64,000 bases of DNA from Bacteroidales bacterium (GCA_024398075.1 JAKSJM010000006.1:1607-65606), one strand, 5' to 3'. Positions 9,684 to 20,292 are shown, counted from the stretch's first letter. Numbers and translations: made by a program. Notes: a model not told the origin generated them from the sequence alone.

Positions 9684-12600
9684 ATGAGAAGATACATACT
9701 TTCTCTTTTTGTAACCTTGATGTCCATCAGTATGAGTGCACAGACCATAGAGAAGCTCTGGAAGAGCTACGAGGACGCCATGAGCGCAGACAAGCCGAAG
9801 ACAGCCATGGAAGTCCTGGATAAGATTAAGGAAAGCGCCAAGGAACAGAAACGTCCATGGGATTTCTATCTCGCGGCCTCAAGATATGTTGACTGCGGCT
9901 CATCCATAAACTGGAAAGACCATACAGCTCTCGTACAGAAGAAGGACGAAGAGATAAAGGCATACGACGAGCCTATCCTCACCTACTTTCACGAGAGATC
10001 AGCGATGAATTCGGCTCGCGCAAAGGCATTTGTCGATGAGCATAAGGAGGTACTGAAAGCTGGCCACCACAAGGAGTTCTATGAGAACGACAGCTACATC
10101 ACGAGCTACAAGTTCGGCACCGTGCTTCGCGATATCCTGGAGAATGACTATGAATATGCGTTGTGGTCCATCGGCTTCCGCTATAGCCCTGCCGTAGAAA
10201 AAGACTTGAGGCAAATGTATGGCCACAAGTACCCTCAGGAGGCATTTATGGACTTTGCATTCAGCAAGAGCACTGCGAAGATGAACGACATGAAGGAGTT
10301 CGCAGCCAAGTACCAGGGTAAGGCTATGTCACTTCTCGCAAGGGAGATACTCCTTCGTGACAAGTTCACAGAAATCAGCAAGACAGAATTAAAGGTGGAC
10401 ACTCCTTTCAAAGATCTGAAAAAGGAGTGCGCTTCATTCATCAGCGAGAAGAAGAAGTACACAGGAATCGAGAAAAAGATCGCAGACTGCTCTGTAGAGG
10501 TCGAGAGAATCATCAACGATCTTGACGGCAAGTATCTCTCGGCAGAGGTGAAGAACAACGAGATGACAGTCACTTTCAAGAATCTCGAGAAGGCGGACTA
10601 TGTCATCCTGCGGGACAAGACGAAGGTTGCAGAAGGCACCGTCAAGAACCAGAAAAACAGGTACTTCCTTGAGGACAAGGCCACTACATCGCTCAAGGAC
10701 ATCGATGATGGAGATTATGTCATCGAGCTTAAGTCCGGCAAGGAGCAGTACAAGATAGACTATAGGAAATACACCATTTCACTTGCCGTAAAGAAAGAAT
10801 CGCAGAGCCGCATCGCCATATATGCAGCAGACTACTGGACAGGAAAACCACTGGACGTTTGCGATGTCAAGATAATAAACGACGATAAGACCGTAGCTGA
10901 AAAGAAAGGCATAAAGCTTCATGGATTCACCTATCTGCCAGAAGAGATCACCAAGCACGCCAGCTGGGACGCAGAGATAGTCTGCACATTCAAGGATGCG
11001 AGCGGAAGGCTGCACTCCAGCAGATCCAGCAGGTTCAACAGCCCTTACAAGTCTGCCATAGGTTCTGTGGACAAGTGGGAGGGCATCCTGATTCAGGATA
11101 GGACAGCATTCCACCCAGGAGAGTCAGTGCACTTCAAGGGCATAATATACCACGGAGACGACAGGATAGAGCTGAAGACCGCCGAGGAAGGCACCGAGGT
11201 CAAGGTGGCCCTTTTGGATCCAGACAGAAACAAGGTGGAGGAAAAGACTCTCCGTACCAATGCTTTCGGTGCTGTAGCTGGCGAATTCAACCTTACTGCA
11301 GGAAAGAAGAAGGGAAACTACGAGATCCGTCTTTCCATGGGAGACAAATATCTTGAGAGCAGTTACATCCAGGTAGACGATTACGTCCTTCCTACATTCA
11401 CCCTCACATTTGACCCTATAGACAAATTCTATTTCTGTGGTGATGAAGTAATGTTCAGCGGTGTGCTCAAGAGCTACTCGGGACATTCATTGTCAGGCGC
11501 AGACGTGAAATATGTGGCCACCGTAGACGGCACCGTGGTAAGTTCAGGAAAGCTCCAGCTCTCCCCTACCGGAAAGTTCTCAGTGACCATTCCTAAGGAC
11601 GAGAAAGCAAGCGACAGATGGTATAGCTATGCGGAGCTTGAAATCAGAGTCGTAGATGCGACAGGAGAGACCCATGACTGGCAGAAGACAGTCTCCATGC
11701 AGAACAGCATAGGCCTTCGCACAACGATCGTAAATTCAAACGAAGGCAATGTAACAGCCGTAGAGCAAGAAGGCGCCATCTCTGGCACAAACATACTGAA
11801 CGAGGACAACCTCAAGCTGCAGTTCAACGTCCAGAAGCATGATGGACTTGACATCACCTATACTGTATATAGCGGAAAGGTCATCATAGCCAAGGGCAAG
11901 GCTGAGGCAGGATCAGTAAAGAGCGTGGATCTAAGTTCACAGCCTTCAGGTCTATATCATGTCAAAGTAGAAGCATCTGCGAAAACCGTAAGCGGCAAGG
12001 AGATCGAGGCACACAATGAGTTCCAGATCATAAAGATCTCCAAGTCAGACACGACATTCAAGGTTCAGAGCGAGAGCATCATTTCCCTACTCAAGGGAGA
12101 CGACATAGCATTCCAGTTTGGAGCCGGCCTAGACGACCTCTGGGCTTGCATCGAGCTCATTGGCGAGGGTGATGTGACACTTCACTCCGAGCTCGTCCAG
12201 ATTAAGAAAGGCGAAATGAAGGCATTCCACTATGCCTTTGAGCCGAACTACCCAAACAACGTTACCCTCAAGGTGCTCTATTTCAGGGAGGGTAGCTGCG
12301 AGCAGTGGTCAAAGAACTTCGTGAACACCGCGAAGAGCCTCTACCTGCCTCTGCAGTTCACCAGGTTCGTCGACAAGGCACAGCCTCGTCAGGCTTGTCA
12401 CTTCGAGATGGCCACGCTACCAAATGTAGAGTGTGCTGTAAGTGTATATGACAAGAGCACCGAGGCCATAAGGACCAACGACTGGGCGACCATAGCACTC
12501 AGGTCCGCAGCCCCTACACTCTCATACGACATCTCACTTGGAACAAATAGAAGCAGTTTCCATTTTGAAGCCGTGATGGCAAGAACCAGCATGAGAGGCA

Positions 12601-14795
12601 CCATGAAGGCCGCTGGAGGAGTCGTTTACGAATCGGTAGAGGAAGAAGCTATGCCAATGGTAGAGATAAATGACAGCGCACCTGCTACAGACGCAGTTGA
12701 GGAGAACAACGTGATGGAGGCAGAGATCCGCGAAGACTTCGCCGGAACCATTGCCTTCGAGCCATTCCTCTACTCCGATGCAGAAGGAAAGGTGGCATTT
12801 GACGTGACTACCGGAGACCTTCTCTCTACCTTCTATGTATATGTATACGGACACGACAAGTCGATGCGAAATGCCACCATGCGTCAGGAGATGCTCGTCA
12901 CCATACCTGTGAAGCTTTCTGTAGTAGAGCCTCAGCTCCTTTATGTCGGCGACAGATATGTGGTGAAGGCAAATCTTTCAAGCAACCTTCAGGTGCCATG
13001 CACAGGCACAATCTCGATGAGCCTCTTCGACGGCAGCGACTACAAGGGCACCAAGCCATTCGCCATGAAGCAGCAGGTAGTAACCATCCCTGCAGGAGGA
13101 ACCACCCCTGTGGAGTTTGAGGTCAATGTACCAGCTGTCAGCGAGCTCGGCATGCTCCTTAAGTTCAATGCCACAAACGCAGCCGACGCCGTATTCGTTG
13201 CCATCCCTGTGAAACCTGCCAAGCAGACTCTCACCGAGGCGCACTCTGCAGTGCTCCACCCTGGAGACTCAGAGGCAGAGCTCGAGGCGAAGCTTCGTGC
13301 GATGTTCGTCAATGTCCAGGGCTCCGAGGCCGACATGAAGATCACTTCGCTGCTTGACCTCGTACGTGAGGCGCTTCCTGAGCTCATCGAGCCTTCTGGC
13401 AAGGACGCGGTCTCATTGACCCAGGCGATGTATGCAAGAGTCCTTACGGCGAAGCTCAATGGCACTGTCGCAGACAATAAAGAGCTCCTCGAGAAGCTGC
13501 TGAAATGCCAGAACCCTGACGGAGGATTCGCTTGGTTCGAGGAGATGACCTCTTCTGGCATCATCACTGCACAGATTCTCAACATGGCAGGTACAGCTAG
13601 AGAAAGAGGATTGGACCTCCTTCCTGGAGAAGTCACGGCCAAGGCAGTCAAGTTCTTGGATGCCACATACTTCTCTAAGGACAACAAATATCGCTGGTAC
13701 TGCACCGTGACCATGAGGCAGTACGCCTTCGTGAGAGCATTGTTCCCAGAAGTGGCGTTCGAGGTCAAGAACATTGATAGAAAAGAGTATCGCCAGTTCA
13801 AGAAGGAGACTACCGAATACCTCGTCCCTAAGAAGGATCGTGGCATGAATGGCTACATCCTCTCAAAGGCACGTAGACTTCGCACCCTCATGCTCCTGAA
13901 CTCTTCTGAGAGCGGTATTGAACTTGCCAAGGCATTCGGTATACGCTTCTGCACATCGCGCCGTATCTCGAAGTCTATAAACGCGGACATCGAGTCGCTT
14001 CTCGAGTACGCAGTGGAGCACAAGTCTGGCGGAATGTACTATCCAAATGCAGTGATGCCATTCAGAGGTCTGCTCGAGAGCGAGCTTGAAGCTCACTCAC
14101 TTCTGTGCGACCTCCTAAGAGACTGCACAGCGAAAGGTTTGCTCTCTGACGAAAAGGTATCAGACGGCATAAGACTCTGGCTGATGATACAGAAAGAGAC
14201 ACAGCAGTGGAAGAAAGACCCTGCATACATCGAGGCCATTGCTTCTGTACTTGATGGTTCTGAGTATATCCTCGCCACCAAGGTGATGTCACTCTCAAAG
14301 ACTTATACCGTACCATTCGAGCTCATTCAGGAGAGCGGCAACGGCATGAGCATCAAGCGTCGCTTCATCCTCATGGACAAGGAGGGCGAAAGCCACGAAA
14401 TCGCCGAAGGAGAAGTACTCCATATCGGCGATAAGGTGGAAGCTCGCTATGAAATCTGGAACGAGGAAAATAGAAGCTTCGTCCATGTCAATGCAAGTCG
14501 TCCTGCATCGTTCAGACCTACCCAGCAGCTATCTGGTCACTATGGATGGTGGCTTGCACCATTTGTCGTAGACAACTTCTACACCTTCACGCCACAGGGC
14601 TACAGAGAGGTGGAGATTGGAGGCTCAGAGTACTGGTTCGACGCTTATCCTGAAGAGAAGACCACCATCACGGAAGAGTTCTTCGTCACCCAGGAAGGAA
14701 GCTTCCAGATGCCTGTAATCGAAATCGAGTGTCTATATGCTCCTCACTATAGAGCAAATGATGCATGTCATCATTGCCCTATAGTATCGGAGTAA
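9684..14795 (+). CDS. Alpha-2-macroglobulin-family (MG2/A2M) secreted protein, ~1700 aa
   Basis: Signal peptide ending ..SMSA|Q; MG2 region DRTAFHPGESVHFKG...TNAFG...YVLPTF; A2M region IREDFAGTIAFEP; QNPDGGFAWF; C-terminal IECLYAPHYRAN. Start moved from TTG 9678 to ATG 9684. Confidence 0.85.
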   Translation: MRRYILSLFVTLMSISMSAQTIEKLWKSYEDAMSADKPKTAMEVLDKIKESAKEQKRPWDFYLAASRYVDCGSSINWKDHTALVQKKDEEIKAYDEPILTYFHERSAMNSARAKAFVDEHKEVLKAGHHKEFYENDSYITSYKFGTVLRDILENDYEYALWSIGFRYSPAVEKDLRQMYGHKYPQEAFMDFAFSKSTAKMNDMKEFAAKYQGKAMSLLAREILLRDKFTEISKTELKVDTPFKDLKKECASFISEKKKYTGIEKKIADCSVEVERIINDLDGKYLSAEVKNNEMTVTFKNLEKADYVILRDKTKVAEGTVKNQKNRYFLEDKATTSLKDIDDGDYVIELKSGKEQYKIDYRKYTISLAVKKESQSRIAIYAADYWTGKPLDVCDVKIINDDKTVAEKKGIKLHGFTYLPEEITKHASWDAEIVCTFKDASGRLHSSRSSRFNSPYKSAIGSVDKWEGILIQDRTAFHPGESVHFKGIIYHGDDRIELKTAEEGTEVKVALLDPDRNKVEEKTLRTNAFGAVAGEFNLTAGKKKGNYEIRLSMGDKYLESSYIQVDDYVLPTFTLTFDPIDKFYFCGDEVMFSGVLKSYSGHSLSGADVKYVATVDGTVVSSGKLQLSPTGKFSVTIPKDEKASDRWYSYAELEIRVVDATGETHDWQKTVSMQNSIGLRTTIVNSNEGNVTAVEQEGAISGTNILNEDNLKLQFNVQKHDGLDITYTVYSGKVIIAKGKAEAGSVKSVDLSSQPSGLYHVKVEASAKTVSGKEIEAHNEFQIIKISKSDTTFKVQSESIISLLKGDDIAFQFGAGLDDLWACIELIGEGDVTLHSELVQIKKGEMKAFHYAFEPNYPNNVTLKVLYFREGSCEQWSKNFVNTAKSLYLPLQFTRFVDKAQPRQACHFEMATLPNVECAVSVYDKSTEAIRTNDWATIALRSAAPTLSYDISLGTNRSSFHFEAVMARTSMRGTMKAAGGVVYESVEEEAMPMVEINDSAPATDAVEENNVMEAEIREDFAGTIAFEPFLYSDAEGKVAFDVTTGDLLSTFYVYVYGHDKSMRNATMRQEMLVTIPVKLSVVEPQLLYVGDRYVVKANLSSNLQVPCTGTISMSLFDGSDYKGTKPFAMKQQVVTIPAGGTTPVEFEVNVPAVSELGMLLKFNATNAADAVFVAIPVKPAKQTLTEAHSAVLHPGDSEAELEAKLRAMFVNVQGSEADMKITSLLDLVREALPELIEPSGKDAVSLTQAMYARVLTAKLNGTVADNKELLEKLLKCQNPDGGFAWFEEMTSSGIITAQILNMAGTARERGLDLLPGEVTAKAVKFLDATYFSKDNKYRWYCTVTMRQYAFVRALFPEVAFEVKNIDRKEYRQFKKETTEYLVPKKDRGMNGYILSKARRLRTLMLLNSSESGIELAKAFGIRFCTSRRISKSINADIESLLEYAVEHKSGGMYYPNAVMPFRGLLESELEAHSLLCDLLRDCTAKGLLSDEKVSDGIRLWLMIQKETQQWKKDPAYIEAIASVLDGSEYILATKVMSLSKTYTVPFELIQESGNGMSIKRRFILMDKEGESHEIAEGEVLHIGDKVEARYEIWNEENRSFVHVNASRPASFRPTQQLSGHYGWWLAPFVVDNFYTFTPQGYREVEIGGSEYWFDAYPEEKTTITEEFFVTQEGSFQMPVIEIECLYAPHYRANDACHHCPIVSE

Positions 14796-15931
14796 CTCCT
14801 ACGCTGGATGATCTGCTGCTCCACATATAGTGCGATGCAGGAGAGCACGAAATAGATCACACACTGAATCGTCATGGCGGTGAGCTGCGGACTAATGGTC
14901 TGGAGGTCACCGCCTGCTGTATTCAGGTTGATGAATGCCTGGCAGCCGAATGTCGATGGGAACAGCCAAGAGAAGGCTCTCCAGAATGCAGGGAACGCGG
15001 TAGTAGGCCATGAGAAGCCTGTCAGGAACAAGCAGATAGGAGAGATGAAAAGAAGAAGGACAAACACAGTCTCTCGCTTGTTGATGAAAGTACTCCACAC
15101 CTGACAGAACAGTATGCAGTCAGTTACAAAGAACATCAGCAGTAGAAGTATATCCCAGTAGTTTCCTCTCTGTGGGAATCCGCATATAGCAGGTACGATG
15201 GTGGCAATATAGATACCAAGTCCAAAGAAGAGCAGCCAGTATGCCAGACCACGTCCGAAGACTACCCTACCGACACCATGTCCATGCAGGTGGGTTGGCA
15301 GAGTGGCGAAACTGCAGTTCTCTTCCCTGGCGGTTCCAGCAAGCATGGTCATGCCGTAGAACATCACCTGCTGTATGATCAGCATAAGGATGGCAGAGAT
15401 GAGGAAAATACTGTAGGAGAAGGTTCTGTTGTACGGAAGATTCTCAGTATAAGGTACGGCCTTGACTGGTCCTATCTCATCCAGCATGACGAACTCTGAA
15501 CCCATGAGCAGATTCTTGTAATAGAGGAAACTGCTCATATCTGCGTAGATAGAAAGTGTCGCAGTCTCCTTTCTCACCATCTTCTCGCCGAAATCCGCAG
15601 GGAACATGATGATACCGTTCACCTTTCTCTCCTCAAGCAGCTGACGTGCCTCCGCCATGTCTGTGCATCGATATGCCACCTTGACTTCACGTGTAGCATC
15701 CACTTTCTGGATATATCTACGGCTCTCCGCGCAGTCAGCATTATCCACCACCGCTATGGGAGTGTCCTCAAGCACACCATTTTTATAAATCAAGTTATAC
15801 AGCAGTGGATATCCGAAGCCTGCGACGATGAAGATGATAAGGAATCCTCCATCTGCAAATATCGTCTTCAACTCATGGGTCAGGACCATCCAAAGGTCCG
15901 ACATCCACTCTTTTATATATGTCTTTCTCAT
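14771..15931 (-). CDS. ABC-2-type transporter permease (YbhR/S-like)
   Basis: N-terminal TM, periplasmic PIAVVD..., five C-terminal TMs with LTGFSWP; 3' end overlaps the A2M 3' end by 25 nt. Confidence 0.88.
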   Translation of the reverse strand: MRKTYIKEWMSDLWMVLTHELKTIFADGGFLIIFIVAGFGYPLLYNLIYKNGVLEDTPIAVVDNADCAESRRYIQKVDATREVKVAYRCTDMAEARQLLEERKVNGIIMFPADFGEKMVRKETATLSIYADMSSFLYYKNLLMGSEFVMLDEIGPVKAVPYTENLPYNRTFSYSIFLISAILMLIIQQVMFYGMTMLAGTAREENCSFATLPTHLHGHGVGRVVFGRGLAYWLLFFGLGIYIATIVPAICGFPQRGNYWDILLLLMFFVTDCILFCQVWSTFINKRETVFVLLLFISPICLFLTGFSWPTTAFPAFWRAFSWLFPSTFGCQAFINLNTAGGDLQTISPQLTAMTIQCVIYFVLSCIALYVEQQIIQRRSYSDTIGQ

Positions 15932-15934
15932 ACC

Positions 15935-17095
15935 TTACTTCTTAGGATAATTCTGGTGTATGTAGGCTTTCTTGAGCCTAAGCAGCACCGTGAATGGAAG
16001 GAACTGGAACAGAAGGAGATGGATAATCTCCTTGTAGCATCCTGCGAAGCCTGTTCCGAACATGCCACCCTGCACATACATCTGATAGTAGTGTCTAAGT
16101 GGGAATATCTCGGCAAGTCCCTGAATGCCAGCCGGCATCGCCTCTACTGGAAGGGTGAAGCCCGTCATCGAGAATGCCATCACGCTGAATAGCGCGCCTA
16201 TGCTTAGAGCGAATCTAAGGACTGGGACACAACCGATGATAAGCACAGCGATGGACTCGCTTGCCACGACTAAAAGGAATACATCCAGAAGCATCCACCA
16301 GATGGATCCAGACAGTGGGAAATGCATCCATCCATACAGCAAAAACATGAGTGAGAAGCCCATGGCTGTGAAAAGGATAGTATAAAGCAACATCTTTCCG
16401 CCAATGGCTGGGACAATTCTACCACCTGAGCAGTCCAGAAGATGACGCGATGTGCCATACTTCAACTCTGTGCCCAGAGAATAAATGACAAGGATGATGA
16501 TGATCATCTCCAGCACACCAGGAAGCATCATGTTCGCAAGATAGGCGCCATAGTTCATGGTAGGATTTCCAGGCATATGAATGTCGATATCCACGGGTCT
16601 AAGCTGCCCCATGATGGCATGTTCGTTCACGCCCTTCATTCTAAGCGCCTGCCTCTGGACTGCGCCAGAAGTAAGGTTGATCATTGTCAGAATATCCTTG
16701 TAGGCCAGCGAACCACCGAGAAAGTAGAGGGTATTCACATAAAAAGTGAACTCAGGCTGTCTCTGAGCCATCACATCGGCATACATATTTTCCGGAAGGA
16801 CGCAGATGGAAGTGATCACTCCCCTCTCCATATCGTCCCTGGCGGTCTCAAAATCAGGGTACTGCTTCACCTCGCCCAGCTGAGTGGCATCAAGCTGCTG
16901 GATGAAGTTTCGGGACAATGATGACTGATCATAGTCCACCACCCCTATCGGAAGGTCAGAAGGAACGCCATCCTTGAGGAATGTCAAGTAGAAGATAGAG
17001 CAAATAACCATCACACAGATGGAGCCTATCAGGTATACAGGACGCTTCCTCCAGATGCCGAGTTCTCTTCTCAATACAGTTATTATTCGTTTCAT
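15935..17095 (-). CDS. ABC-2-type transporter permease (YbhR/S-like)
   Basis: LPIGVVDYDQSSLSR, GNPTMNY, GFTLPVEAMP..IQGLAEIFPLRHY. Confidence 0.88.
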   Translation of the reverse strand: MKRIITVLRRELGIWRKRPVYLIGSICVMVICSIFYLTFLKDGVPSDLPIGVVDYDQSSLSRNFIQQLDATQLGEVKQYPDFETARDDMERGVITSICVLPENMYADVMAQRQPEFTFYVNTLYFLGGSLAYKDILTMINLTSGAVQRQALRMKGVNEHAIMGQLRPVDIDIHMPGNPTMNYGAYLANMMLPGVLEMIIIILVIYSLGTELKYGTSRHLLDCSGGRIVPAIGGKMLLYTILFTAMGFSLMFLLYGWMHFPLSGSIWWMLLDVFLLVVASESIAVLIIGCVPVLRFALSIGALFSVMAFSMTGFTLPVEAMPAGIQGLAEIFPLRHYYQMYVQGGMFGTGFAGCYKEIIHLLLFQFLPFTVLLRLKKAYIHQNYPKK

Positions 17096-18078
17096 CTCAC
17101 CACAAGTGCTGTCATGCCTGGGAGAAGTCCCTCAACCACGTTTGTAGGGACAGCTCTCACTTCGAATGTCTTTGCGTCATATCCATCGGTCTCCTTGGTA
17201 GCCTTCCATGTAGCATAGGACTCACGAACCGCCATATAGCTGATGGTTGCTGGGATCTGCTTGTCACCAAGAGCAGGGATGCTGAGAGTGAGTGGGCTAC
17301 CGATATTCATGCCTTTGAGCATGTCTTCTCTTACATTGAAAGTGAACCAAACATCATTGAGGTCCACAATAGTCATCACAGGGGAACCTGTGCCAATGAG
17401 TTCGCCTGGCTTAGGGAAGATGGCTGAGACAGTTCCATCCACTGGGGCGGTGAGATACAGTTCACCGAGGTAGGACTCGACCTCCATCACTGCGCCATTG
17501 GCCTGGGCCACGAGTGCTCTGGCAGCAGCCTTGTCCTCATTTCGTGCACCTGACACAGCCATGTCGTACTTGCTCTTCGCAGCAGCTGCGGTGGCTACTG
17601 CAGCGTCATACTTGGCCTTGACTTCGTCGTACTTCTGAGCAGACACTACTTTCTGCTCATAGAGTTTCTGCATTCTCTCGTATGACTTTCTCATCACATC
17701 CTCCTGCACCACTGCAGACTGCCAGAGGTTGTATGCGCCAGAGATCTCCTCGCTTCTCGCTCCTGCCTGCGCCTTGCTGCTCTGCGCCATAGCGGCGGCC
17801 TTCGCAGCATTCGCCTGGGCGAGCTTCGCGCGCACCTCTGGAGAATCGATGAACACCACGGTATCTCCCTTATGCACCTTCTGGCCCTCTCTTACATACA
17901 TTTCCTCCACACGTCCTGGCACTTTGCCAGACACTCTGTATTCACTTGCCTCAGCCACGCCCTGGATGACCTGAGCCTTAGGCTTTGAGACGAAATAGCC
18001 TGCTAAAGCGATGATGAGTACTACTGCCACAAGGGCACAAACACCTCCGATGAGGTTGTAATTCTTTTTCTGATTCAT
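17092..18078 (-). CDS. HlyD-family membrane fusion protein
   Basis: N-terminal TM, VSGKVPGRVEEMYVREGQKVHKGD lipoyl half, coiled coil, LTAPVDGTV, YATWKATK, LLPGM. Start placed at ATG 18078 (MNQKK) to avoid overlap with TolC. Confidence 0.9.
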   Translation of the reverse strand: MNQKKNYNLIGGVCALVAVVLIIALAGYFVSKPKAQVIQGVAEASEYRVSGKVPGRVEEMYVREGQKVHKGDTVVFIDSPEVRAKLAQANAAKAAAMAQSSKAQAGARSEEISGAYNLWQSAVVQEDVMRKSYERMQKLYEQKVVSAQKYDEVKAKYDAAVATAAAAKSKYDMAVSGARNEDKAAARALVAQANGAVMEVESYLGELYLTAPVDGTVSAIFPKPGELIGTGSPVMTIVDLNDVWFTFNVREDMLKGMNIGSPLTLSIPALGDKQIPATISYMAVRESYATWKATKETDGYDAKTFEVRAVPTNVVEGLLPGMTALVVR

Positions 18079-18097
18079 GATATTTTGTTTTTTATTA

Positions 18098-19606
18098 TTA
18101 TTCAATGGTTCTGTATTCTCCCTGTGCCTTGCGCAGATTTGAGTGATTCATCTGAAGTTCTACCCCAGCATCGATATATTCTGAATGAGCCTGCATCCAA
18201 GCAGTCTGCGCCTGAAGTGTGACAATGGTGTCGACCACTCCTTCCTCATAACCCACCATGGCCACTCTGAGGTTCTCCTCCGCGCTCTCGAGATTGCTCT
18301 CTGCCATGCGCATGCGCTCGAGCGCTTCATTCTCCTGCTTACTGAGCTGCTCAACCTGAAGGTTGATGAGCGCACAGGCATCGTCATACTTCGTTCTATA
18401 CATCTGTGCCTCGGTCTTAGCCTTGAGAGTCTTCTGAAGCGCCTCAGTGCCATGGAAGAGAGGGACGCTAACCATTACGCCTGCATTGAACATGCCTCCG
18501 AACTGATTCTGGAAGCCATTGAATGCGCTTGGGTTAGACACTAAGTAGTTTGCAGTGAGCGCGACCTTTGGCATCATGTCCGCTCTTGCGATCTTCACTT
18601 TCTGATCGTAGATGCGAGATGCAAGGTCAAGGCTTCTGGTCTCTGGCCTATCGGCAATGATCTGGTCCATATCCTTGGACTTCAGCATCTGAGGTTCAGG
18701 TATCATATCCAGTTCCTCGTCGGCAAGCATGATCTTCGAGTCAAGTGGAAGACCTATTTGCTTGCAAAGGAGCATCTTTGACAGCGCAAGGCCATTCTCG
18801 GCACGAGAAAGAAGCATCTGCGCTTCGTTGTACTTGACATTGATGGCCAAGAGGTCAGACTTGACTGCCACACCCTCTTCCACATAAATCTCAGCGTCCT
18901 TCATCATCTGCTCAAGAAGGTCTGAGTAGTTGGCTGCAAGCTTTTTCTTGTTCGCAATGGAAACTATCTGCCAGTACGTCTGGTCGACATTAACCATGGC
19001 CTCTTCATACTGAGAGTCATACTGCGAGCGAGAGAGTTCCTCGGCAAGGTCTGCCATCTTGTTTGAAGCGATGATCTTGCCTCCCACGAAAACTGGCTGC
19101 TGGATAGAAACGGCTCCAGCGTAAACATTGGTAATATCAAGATTGAAAGCATCGCTGATATTTGTCCCTATCTGGTTCAGCGCTGCAGACACATCCGTCT
19201 GAGAGAGGGCTCCGATAACAGTCTGCCACATAGGACTGGTCATATACTCCATAGCGGCAGAAGGATTTGACTTGATGGCCGTCATGAGCTGCTGCATCTG
19301 GCCATTGAGCTGCCCCTGTACCGCTGTGCCCATGTTTGACAATGTCTGTGACATCTCGTCATTGATGAGCGATACATTTTTACTATTATACATGTAGGTG
19401 CCTGTAGCACTTACGTTAGGCAGATAATTGGCACGGGCAATCTTTCTGTCGTAGCTGGCCATCTGGACTTTCTGCCTAGCGAGTTCCAGATCTTTGTTTG
19501 CCTCTGCGGCCATGGTATGACAGTCCTCCAGGGTCAGCGTCTGCTGTGCCATTGCGCTCAATGGCATAAGAGCTGTCAATGCGATAATTAGCGATACTTT
19601 TTTCAT
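18098..19606 (-). CDS. TolC-family outer-membrane channel
   Basis: Signal peptide MKKVSL...SAMA|Q (ATG 19606), LTLEDC, ARANYLP, QPVFVGGK, RPE, VPLF, two OEP repeats. Confidence 0.92.
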   Translation of the reverse strand: MKKVSLIIALTALMPLSAMAQQTLTLEDCHTMAAEANKDLELARQKVQMASYDRKIARANYLPNVSATGTYMYNSKNVSLINDEMSQTLSNMGTAVQGQLNGQMQQLMTAIKSNPSAAMEYMTSPMWQTVIGALSQTDVSAALNQIGTNISDAFNLDITNVYAGAVSIQQPVFVGGKIIASNKMADLAEELSRSQYDSQYEEAMVNVDQTYWQIVSIANKKKLAANYSDLLEQMMKDAEIYVEEGVAVKSDLLAINVKYNEAQMLLSRAENGLALSKMLLCKQIGLPLDSKIMLADEELDMIPEPQMLKSKDMDQIIADRPETRSLDLASRIYDQKVKIARADMMPKVALTANYLVSNPSAFNGFQNQFGGMFNAGVMVSVPLFHGTEALQKTLKAKTEAQMYRTKYDDACALINLQVEQLSKQENEALERMRMAESNLESAEENLRVAMVGYEEGVVDTIVTLQAQTAWMQAHSEYIDAGVELQMNHSNLRKAQGEYRTIE

Positions 19607-19691
19607 ATTATTTTTGTGTTTGTTCTTTTTTCTTACGAATTTTACGCAACACTTGTACCGCAAATAAGCAATAATACACAAATCACTTTTT

Positions 19692-20255
19692 ATGTATCAT
19701 ATCACAAATGACAAAAGACAGCAGGCTACCGCAGAGAGAATCAGCAAGGCACTAATTCACTGCCTTTCTGTCAAACCTATGTCAGAAATAACCGTCAGTG
19801 ACATTTCTTCAGCAGCAGGAGTCAGCAGATCTACATTCTACAGAAGTTTCGACATCCCCCTCGACGTGCTGAGATATGAATGCGACAGAGTCGTAGTCAT
19901 CATGGAAAAAGACTACGCCAAAGCAAGACTAAAGAACCTGGACGACTTAGTTAACTTCACCCTAAAATACTGGAGAAGTCATTCCGAGATCCTTGACGCA
20001 GCAGTGAACTGCGACAGAATGGACATTGTCCACAAATCCATCAGCAGTCATTCTGAGGCGCTCATCTCAAGTCTACAGGGCATCATTGGCAGTGATTTCA
20101 CAGAGCAGGAAATCGACTACATCAGGATGGGATCCATAGGAATGATCTCCAACCTCCTTTCTGTTTGGATCAAGCACGGAAAAAAAGAATCGCCCGAACA
20201 ACTATTCGAACTTTACATTAAGTTCACCAAGCTGATAAGAGCTATAAGAGACTAA
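19692..20255 (+). CDS. TetR/AcrR-family transcriptional regulator
   Basis: HTH ITVSDISSAAGVSRSTFYRSF; divergent from the tolC operon across 85 bp. Confidence 0.93.
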   Translation: MYHITNDKRQQATAERISKALIHCLSVKPMSEITVSDISSAAGVSRSTFYRSFDIPLDVLRYECDRVVVIMEKDYAKARLKNLDDLVNFTLKYWRSHSEILDAAVNCDRMDIVHKSISSHSEALISSLQGIIGSDFTEQEIDYIRMGSIGMISNLLSVWIKHGKKESPEQLFELYIKFTKLIRAIRD

Positions 20256-20292
20256 AAAAAAGGAGATTCCCCATCATCGAGGAATCTCCTTT
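20254..20292. terminator. Bidirectional terminator between tetR and metG
   Basis: Stem AAAGGAGATTCC/GGAATCTCCTTT (20259-20270/20281-20292), with an A-run on the left (U-tract for metG). Confidence 0.85.

Noticed and set aside
8621-13846. Long antisense ORFs (8621..9355, 244 aa; 13040..13846, 268 aa) and the many other 60-190 aa track ORFs
   Set aside because: They lie within or largely overlap well-supported genes, have no recognisable motifs, and are expected shadows of codon bias.
19644-19699. TetR operator candidates (ACGCAACA-CT-TGTACCGC; TAATACA...TGTATCA)
   Set aside because: Only weak, imperfect symmetry; cannot be told from chance without comparative data.
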